Under the pieces are notes generated by a model that did no database searches, was not told the origin of the DNA, and saw only the letters and a list, made by a program, of their open reading frames with translations. From Candidatus Woesearchaeota archaeon (GTDB lineage: Archaea > Nanobdellota > Nanobdellia > Pacearchaeales > GW2011-AR1), in assembly GCA_964589955.1 (NCBI GenBank), contig CAZPVF010000001.1, positions 1 through 62,008 on the forward strand: a DNA stretch of 62,008 bases, in the 5' to 3' direction. Shown one piece after another: positions 55,691 to 62,008 of the stretch. The position numbers and the translations under genes are program-made. How positions within the stretch are numbered: position 1 is the stretch's first letter; each line of letters opens with the position of its first letter.

Positions 55691-57247
55691 ATGGCAAGTA
55701 AGGAAGTTTTGAGGTTTTTTTTGCAGAAGGGTTTGTTAGTTGATAAAGAAGTTCTTGGACTTTTTAGTGAAGAGAGCGATATAGACTCTATTAAATTAAT
55801 TATTGAAAAGATTCAAACATATACTAGAAGAAAAATTATTACAAGAGAATTATTTTATAGAAATAAGGAAGTAGTTGATAAGGTTTTTTCTTCACTTCCT
55901 CAAGAAAATCAAAAAAAATTAGAAAAACTAAAAGTAAAACTTGGTTTGAGCATAGAAATTTCTAAAGAGGATATTGGAAGTGAGGAATATAATGAAAAAA
56001 TTGTTAATTCTGGCCAAGTTAAAATAATGTCTGTTAATTGTTCTCTTGGAAAAAAATTTGATGTAAATGATTTTGTAAATCATTTTAGAAATAGGTTTAC
56101 TGATATGCGGTCTTTTTTACAATCTAATCCTGCTCTTGATAGCTTGGTTTCAATTAATAAAATATCTGGAAGAAGGCAAGGAATTTCAATAATTGGTCTT
56201 GTTTATTCCAAGAATGTAACAAAAAATAAAAACATTATTTTTGAAGTAGAAGATTTAACTGGTAAAACAAAAGTTTTAGTTAGTAAAAATAAAGAAGATT
56301 TAATAAAAAAGGCTGAAGAGGTGGCTCTTGATTCTGTTATTGGGTTTAAGTGTTCTGGAAGTAGGGAGATGCTTTTTGCCAATGATATTATTTTTCCAGG
56401 ATCTTCTTTATATGAAAGAAAAAAAGCTTTAGTAGAGGAATATGTCGCTTTTATTGGTGATGTTCATTATGGAAGTAAGAAATTTATGAAAGAAAATTTT
56501 GAAAAGTTTATTGAATATCTTAATGGAAATTTAGGAGGTTCAGAAGAATCAAACAAAATAAGATATTTGTTTATTGTGGGGGATTTAATTACTGGTGTTG
56601 GAAATTATCCTAATCAGGAAAAAGATTTAGAAATTGTTGATTTAGAAGAACAATATTCTGGTATTGCAGAGTTGCTTGGTAAAATTAGAAAGGATATAAA
56701 GATAATAATATGTCCTGGAAATCATGAAGGGGTGAGGTTGATGGAGCCACAACCATTGTATGACCAAAAATATGCTTGGGCTCTTTATGATTTGGATAAT
56801 GTTATTTTAACTGAAAATCCTTCTGTGGTTAATATTGCATCAACAAAAGATTTTTCTGGATTTAATGTTTTAATGTATCATGGATTTTCCTATCCTTATT
56901 ACGCGAATAATGTTGCAAGTTTAATGAGGGTGAAAGCAATGAATTCGCCTGAAAAAATTATGCAGTATGTATTAAAACATAGGCATCTTGCACCAACACA
57001 TGGTTCTGCACAGTATTTTCCTTGTGGAAAAGATACACATATAATAAGAGAGGTTCCAGATATTTTTATTTCTGGGCATACTCATAAGAGTGCTATTGTT
57101 TATTTTGATAATGTTTTAGTTATTTCCACATCAACTTGGGAGGAAATGACTCCTTATCAAGAAAAGTTTGGGAATGTTCCAGATCACTGTAAGGTTCCTG
57201 TTGTAAATTTAAAAACAAGGTCAGTAAAAATACTTGATTTTGAGTAA
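55691..57247 (+). CDS. polB: DNA polymerase II (PolD) small subunit DP1
   Basis: OB domain plus calcineurin-like phosphodiesterase motifs GDVHYGS, GDLITG, PGNHE, SGHTH. Confidence 0.92.
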   Translation: MASKEVLRFFLQKGLLVDKEVLGLFSEESDIDSIKLIIEKIQTYTRRKIITRELFYRNKEVVDKVFSSLPQENQKKLEKLKVKLGLSIEISKEDIGSEEYNEKIVNSGQVKIMSVNCSLGKKFDVNDFVNHFRNRFTDMRSFLQSNPALDSLVSINKISGRRQGISIIGLVYSKNVTKNKNIIFEVEDLTGKTKVLVSKNKEDLIKKAEEVALDSVIGFKCSGSREMLFANDIIFPGSSLYERKKALVEEYVAFIGDVHYGSKKFMKENFEKFIEYLNGNLGGSEESNKIRYLFIVGDLITGVGNYPNQEKDLEIVDLEEQYSGIAELLGKIRKDIKIIICPGNHEGVRLMEPQPLYDQKYAWALYDLDNVILTENPSVVNIASTKDFSGFNVLMYHGFSYPYYANNVASLMRVKAMNSPEKIMQYVLKHRHLAPTHGSAQYFPCGKDTHIIREVPDIFISGHTHKSAIVYFDNVLVISTSTWEEMTPYQEKFGNVPDHCKVPVVNLKTRSVKILDFE

Positions 57248-57248
57248 A

Positions 57249-60200
57249 ATGAGCACACAACAATATTTTAAGAGATTTCGTGAAGAAGTAGACAAGGTTT
57301 ATGAAATTGCAAACAAAGCAAGAGCCAAAGGACTTGATCCTAAAAATAAAGTAGAAATACCTCTTGCTATGAGTATGGCAGAAAAAGTTGTAGGGCTTAT
57401 TTCAACAATTTATCCACAAATGGAAGGTAGTGGAATAGATAGAAGAATACTTGAATTAGAAAAAAAGTATGGAAAGCTTGATCCTGCTGTTTGTGTTCAG
57501 ATTGCTGAAGAGGTAGCAAAGCAGAAATTTTGTAAGTTTTCAAGTATTATTGAGGCAATTGAAGCTGGTTCTAGGATAGGTTTTGCTTATATTACTCTTG
57601 GTGTTGTTTCGAGCCCAATTGAGGGTTTAACTGAAATAAAGGTAATGAAGACAAGGGAGGGAAAAGAGTATCTTGCACCTTATTACTCTGGGCCTGTTAG
57701 AAGTGCTGGTGGAACTGGCGCAGCATTTTCATTAGTAATAATTGATCATTTAAGAGAGATATTTGGATATTCTAAGTATGATCCTACAGAGGATGAAATC
57801 AAAAGATATGTTGTAGAATTAACAGATTATCATGAGAGGATAACTAATTTACAGTATATGCCTACTGAAGAAGAAATTATGTTTATGGCAAAGCATTTAC
57901 CAATACAGATTGCTGGAGAAAAATCTGAAAAAAAAGAAGCATCTAATTATAAAAATTTAGAAAGAGTAGACACAAATTATCTTAGGAGTGGTGTTTGTTT
58001 GACTTTTGGAGAAGGAATTGCACAAAAAGCACCAAAAATTGCAAGATATATAAAGTCCTTAAGAGAAAAAGGATTTAAATTAACTGATTGGGATTTTTTA
58101 GAAGATTATATTCAACTTCATGAAAAAAGAGAGAAAGGAAAAACAGATGATTCCCCAACATATATTAAAGATTTGGTTGCTGGAAGGCCTGTTTATGGGC
58201 ATCCTGGAAGATCTGGAGGATTTAGATTTAGATATGGTAGAAGTAGAACGTCTGGATTTAGTGCAACAGCACTTCATCCTGCAACAATGGCAATAACTGA
58301 TAATTTTATTGCAATAGGAACCCAATTAAAAATAGAAAAACCTACAAAAGGTTGTGCTGTAACTGCTTGTGATGGAATAGATGGGCCAATTGTTAAGTTA
58401 TTTAATGGGTCTGTTAAAAAAATTTATAAAAAAGAAGAGGCAAAAAAAATTTATAATGATGTTGAAGAGATAATTTATCTTGGAGATATGCTTTTTCCTT
58501 TTTCAGATGTTGCAAATAGGAATGCCAATTTAATAAAGCCGGGTTATGTAGAGGAGTGGTGGTGGCACGATTTAAAAAAAGCAGGTTTTAGTGAAAATTT
58601 AGATTATTTTGATATTAATTTTGATAAGGCATTAGAATTAAGTAAAAAATATAATGTTCCTCTTCATCCAGAACATATTTTTTACTGGACACAGATTAAA
58701 AAAGAACATTTTTTTGGATTTATTGATTGGCTTAAGGTTGCATGGGTTAATGAAAAGTTGATTTTTCCATATGGCACAAAAGAAAGAGAAAAGTATGGGA
58801 GAGGAAAAAGGGCTTTAGAGTTATTGGGAGTTCCGCATGATGTTACAATAGAACATGTTGTACTAGATTTAGAAAAAAGTAAGGCAGTACTTTTTAATTT
58901 GGGAATTGGGTTGGGAATAATGGAGGGAAATATTAATTTAATTGATGATGAAGATACTGATTTTAATAAGTTTAATATTGATGGTGAACCGTTAGAAATT
59001 ATAAACAAACTTTGCCAAGTAAAAATTAAAGATAAAGCTGGAGAATTTATTGGTGCGAGAATGGGTAGGCCAGAAAAAGCAAAATTAAGAAAACTTACTG
59101 GAAGTCCTAATGTTTTATTTCCTGTTGGAAATGAGGGAGGAAGATTAAGAAGTGTTCAAGAAGCTTGTGAGGTTGGAAAGGTTAGAAGTTCATTTCCAAT
59201 AAATTATTGTGAAAACTGTGATAAGGAGACAATTTATCCTAATTGTGAGAAGTGTGGCAAGCTAACTAAAAAAGAATTTTATTTTTATTCAACAAAACAA
59301 AAGAAATTTACAAGTAAAATAGAGGGTGTTGAGAGAGCAGGGCAACCTTTTCAAACATTTGATTTGGATATCAATTATTATTTTAATTCTGCAGTTGATA
59401 AAATGAATTTGACTAAGCAAGATTTGCCTGTTTTAATTAAGGGGGTTAGGGGTGTTTCTTCTGGAGAAAAAAACATGGAAAATTTAGCTAAAGGAATTTT
59501 AAGAGCAAGAAATGATTTGCAAGTAAATAAAGATGGAACTGTGAGGTATGATGTTACTGAACTTCCGTTAGTTTCATTTAAACCAAAAGAAGTTTATGTT
59601 AGTGTAAATAAGCTAAGAGAAATTGGTTACACAAAAGATATTTATGGTAAAACACTTGAGTCAGACGATCAGATATTGGAACTAAAGCCACACGATATTC
59701 TTCTTCCTAGTTGTAATGAGACACCAGATGAGAGAGCAGATGATGTTTTTATGCGTGTAGCTGATTTTGTTGATGAGGAACTTGAGAGATTATATGGCCT
59801 TAGCGCTTTTCATAATATTAAGAAGCGTGAAGATTTAGTTGGGCAGATGGGGGTTTGTATGGCACCACATAATTGTGCAGGGGTTGTATGTAGGTTTGTT
59901 GGATTTTCAAATAGTTTAGGCCTTATGGCTAGTCCATATATGCATGCAGCAATTAGAAGGGATTGTGATGGAGATGAAGCAGCAATAATGCTTCTAAGTG
60001 ATGTTTTAATTAATTTTTCACGTAAATATTTACCAAGCCATAGGGGAGGAACTCAGGACGCTCCTTTGGTCTTGAATGCAAAAATTGATGCTGGTGAAGT
60101 TGATGATCAGATACTGGATTTTGAGTACTGTACAGAATATCCTCTAGAATTATATGAGTTAGCTGAAAAAAAAGAACACTCGTCAAAAGTAAAAGTAAAA

Positions 60201-60713
60201 ATGGTAAGAGATATATTAAGAGATGGAAAAAACCCGTTCGAAAATTATGGTTTTACACACAATACTACAAATATTAATGATGGGGTAGTATGCTCAAGCT
60301 ATAAAACTCTAGCAACAATGCAAGATAAGGTGGCTCACCAAATGGAGTTAGTTGAAAAATTACGTTCAGCTGATACTGTTGATACGGCAAGACTTGTAAT
60401 TGAGAGACATTTTATAAGAGATATGAAAGGAAATTTGAGAAATTTTTCTATTCAGAATTTTAGATGTGTTAATTGTAATGAAATTGTCAGAAGACCTCCT
60501 TTAAAAGGAGTTTGCCCTGTTTGTTCTGGAAAATTGATTTTTACTGTTCATGAGGGAGGAATAAAAAAGTATTTAGATCCTGCTCTAGAACTTGCTAAAA
60601 AATACAATCTGTCACTTTACATGCAACAGAATTTAGAATTAGTAAAGAATTTTATTGATAGTATTTTTGGTAAAGAGTTAGAAAAACAAGAAGCACTTTC
60701 TCAATGGTTCTAG
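57249..60713 (+). CDS. polC: DNA polymerase II (PolD) large subunit DP2
   Basis: About 1154 aa from the ATG at 57249; Zn fingers CENCDKETIYPNCEKCG and CVNCNE...CPVCSG; no intein-sized insertion. Confidence 0.92.
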   Translation: MSTQQYFKRFREEVDKVYEIANKARAKGLDPKNKVEIPLAMSMAEKVVGLISTIYPQMEGSGIDRRILELEKKYGKLDPAVCVQIAEEVAKQKFCKFSSIIEAIEAGSRIGFAYITLGVVSSPIEGLTEIKVMKTREGKEYLAPYYSGPVRSAGGTGAAFSLVIIDHLREIFGYSKYDPTEDEIKRYVVELTDYHERITNLQYMPTEEEIMFMAKHLPIQIAGEKSEKKEASNYKNLERVDTNYLRSGVCLTFGEGIAQKAPKIARYIKSLREKGFKLTDWDFLEDYIQLHEKREKGKTDDSPTYIKDLVAGRPVYGHPGRSGGFRFRYGRSRTSGFSATALHPATMAITDNFIAIGTQLKIEKPTKGCAVTACDGIDGPIVKLFNGSVKKIYKKEEAKKIYNDVEEIIYLGDMLFPFSDVANRNANLIKPGYVEEWWWHDLKKAGFSENLDYFDINFDKALELSKKYNVPLHPEHIFYWTQIKKEHFFGFIDWLKVAWVNEKLIFPYGTKEREKYGRGKRALELLGVPHDVTIEHVVLDLEKSKAVLFNLGIGLGIMEGNINLIDDEDTDFNKFNIDGEPLEIINKLCQVKIKDKAGEFIGARMGRPEKAKLRKLTGSPNVLFPVGNEGGRLRSVQEACEVGKVRSSFPINYCENCDKETIYPNCEKCGKLTKKEFYFYSTKQKKFTSKIEGVERAGQPFQTFDLDINYYFNSAVDKMNLTKQDLPVLIKGVRGVSSGEKNMENLAKGILRARNDLQVNKDGTVRYDVTELPLVSFKPKEVYVSVNKLREIGYTKDIYGKTLESDDQILELKPHDILLPSCNETPDERADDVFMRVADFVDEELERLYGLSAFHNIKKREDLVGQMGVCMAPHNCAGVVCRFVGFSNSLGLMASPYMHAAIRRDCDGDEAAIMLLSDVLINFSRKYLPSHRGGTQDAPLVLNAKIDAGEVDDQILDFEYCTEYPLELYELAEKKEHSSKVKVKMVRDILRDGKNPFENYGFTHNTTNINDGVVCSSYKTLATMQDKVAHQMELVEKLRSADTVDTARLVIERHFIRDMKGNLRNFSIQNFRCVNCNEIVRRPPLKGVCPVCSGKLIFTVHEGGIKKYLDPALELAKKYNLSLYMQQNLELVKNFIDSIFGKELEKQEALSQWF

Positions 60714-60833
60714 CAACTTGGCCCCACTAGTTTAAAGTTTCAAAAATTTTCTGATATTGTTGAAGCAGTTGGTCTGTCTAAAGAAAGTTTGTGTCACAGG
60801 TATTGGAGAAGAACTGTTGTTTAATTTGGTGTT

Positions 60834-62008
60834 CTAAAACAAAAATAAAATAATTGTGGGAATTAGTAAGCAGCCCATCATATTTGTTCTTTTTACTTTA
60901 AGTGAGATTGAGTAAATTCCTGTTATTGTTGAAACTATTAGGATGAGTAGGCCTATTGGTCCTGAGATAATTAAGACAAGCAATATAAGGATAATTAATG
61001 TTGTAATTGAGAGTTTAGTGTAGTTAATTTTGTTAAAATTTAATGCTAGAAATTTGGCTAATTTTTTAGTTAAGAAATATGATATTATTGCTGAAAGTAA
61101 AATTGTTATCATAATTAAAACTAAATTATTTGTTGAAATTGTATCAATTATTTTTTTTAGAGCAAGTGCTGCGCCAGTTCTTGTTTTTTCTATTGTATAT
61201 AAAGAAAGAAATGAAAAAGCCATTACAAGAGTATTTGTTGCTCCGAGAAGTGTTAAGAATCCCTGTTTGTTTGTTTTAGATATGGTGTTTCCTATTATTG
61301 CTGCTTGTCCGCTTCCTAGGCCTGGCAGGAAGCTACAGATTGGTGCAGCAATTGCAGCACCAAGAACTGGCTTTAATTTTAGTTTTGGTTTAGTTAGAAT
61401 TTGTTTAGGTAGTTTTGTTTTATTTTTAAGACTAATTATTATTGATGAAGCACCAAATAGGCCTGTTAAGAGCGGTAGGAGAGATTGGTCCAAATTTATG
61501 TTAAGAACTAAAAAGCCTAAAAGGCCAGTAAGTAAAAATACTTTTATTGCATTAACTTTGTTTTTTTGTAGTGCAATTAAAGTAATTGAGACAAGAATTA
61601 AGATGTATGGAATAAAAACTTTTATTGCACCATAGAAGTTGTCTATTAAAAATATTGCAGGAATAAAAATAATTAGTAAAATTAATATTGCAGCAATACT
61701 TCCATTGTTTGTTAAGAGTAGTGCTTCATATCCTTTTCCTTTTTTTAATAAGTCATGGCCAGGTAGAACTGAGAGTTCAGTATCTGTGTCTGGACAACCT
61801 AAAAATATTGAGGGAATAAAATCCAAAAATGTATGTGTTATTGCCATAGCAACAATAAACACAATTAAAAAAATTGGTTGGATTGTTGAAAGAAGTGAAA
61901 ATGATAGTGCAACAAGAGTTACACCAATAAGATTTATGTGAATTCCCGGAATAAGGCCTGTAAAGGTGCCGATAGTACATCCGAGCAATAATGCGATAAT
62001 TATTTCGA
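60834..62008 (-). CDS. TctA-like (DUF112) permease, N-terminus probably outside window
   Basis: Polytopic; GLIPGIHINL and LPGLGSGQAAIIG repeats typical of the TctA family; the listed start is TTG and the frame stays open to the window edge. Confidence 0.6.
   Translation of the reverse strand, partial: EIIIALLLGCTIGTFTGLIPGIHINLIGVTLVALSFSLLSTIQPIFLIVFIVAMAITHTFLDFIPSIFLGCPDTDTELSVLPGHDLLKKGKGYEALLLTNNGSIAAILILLIIFIPAIFLIDNFYGAIKVFIPYILILVSITLIALQKNKVNAIKVFLLTGLLGFLVLNINLDQSLLPLLTGLFGASSIIISLKNKTKLPKQILTKPKLKLKPVLGAAIAAPICSFLPGLGSGQAAIIGNTISKTNKQGFLTLLGATNTLVMAFSFLSLYTIEKTRTGAALALKKIIDTISTNNLVLIMITILLSAIISYFLTKKLAKFLALNFNKINYTKLSITTLIILILLVLIISGPIGLLILIVSTITGIYSISLKVKRTNMMGCLLIPTIILFLF

Noticed and set aside
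57249-60713. Possible intein in the PolD large subunit or Orc1
   Set aside because: Both proteins have ordinary lengths, with no block resembling intein splicing motifs or a homing-endonuclease insertion.
61030-61941. Plus-strand ORFs 61030-61635 and 61639-61941
   Set aside because: They are antisense to the TctA-like permease, whose repeated GxGxG membrane motifs support the minus strand.

Overview
AT-rich (roughly 30% GC by eye), very gene-dense archaeal chromosome segment. It fits a small-genome DPANN-type archaeon: archaeal-specific r-proteins eS4/eL32/eL19/eL18/eL21, PolD, Orc1/Cdc6, AglB, an intron-containing tRNA, an unlinked 5S rRNA, and Lys-rich protein tails. Layout: (1) 1-9.9 kb, spc-like ribosomal protein operon (uS3 to uL15), then secY and a DUF106 insertase, with one uncharacterised gene wedged between eL19 and uL18. 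(2) 12-34.4 kb, surface/N-glycan island: AglH, AglB, epimerase, glycosyltransferases, Gmd, an SQD1-like enzyme, methyltransferases and a flippase. It includes a seven-gene minus-strand operon (MaoC, ACP, AMP-ligase, Fe-ADH, LuxE, LuxC, hexapeptide acyltransferase) with its own divergent AcpS, which is a bacterial-style ACP-dependent acyl side-chain module. (3) 34.9-46.4 kb: secFD, a tRNA cluster (Leu-CAA, Arg-CCT with a 48-nt intron, Gly-TCC), rpoD/uS11/uS4/uS13, DUF655, rpoF, eL21, rpoN, a GH3 hydrolase, Rpp21, 5S rRNA, a second tRNA-Leu, and eL18/uL13/uS9. (4) 46.4-53.9 kb, accessory block: HNH+recombinase-domain fusion, Xer-type integrase, GNAT, endoV-like+HAD fusion, and a repeat-flanked methyltransferase-like gene. 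It also holds a motif-dense locus at 50.6-52.7 kb: two convergent paralogous coiled-coil+wHTH genes, promoter palindromes, a seven-copy iteron-like array, two near-identical inverted ORB-like 30-mers, and a (CTGT)10 microsatellite inside a CDS. (5) 53.98-60.7 kb: a canonical-looking oriC (ORB pair plus AT-rich DUE) followed by orc1/cdc6 and PolD small and large subunits, then a partial TctA-like permease. No CRISPR array and no transposase-bearing IS were seen. All product calls come from reading motifs and synteny by eye; no searches were run.
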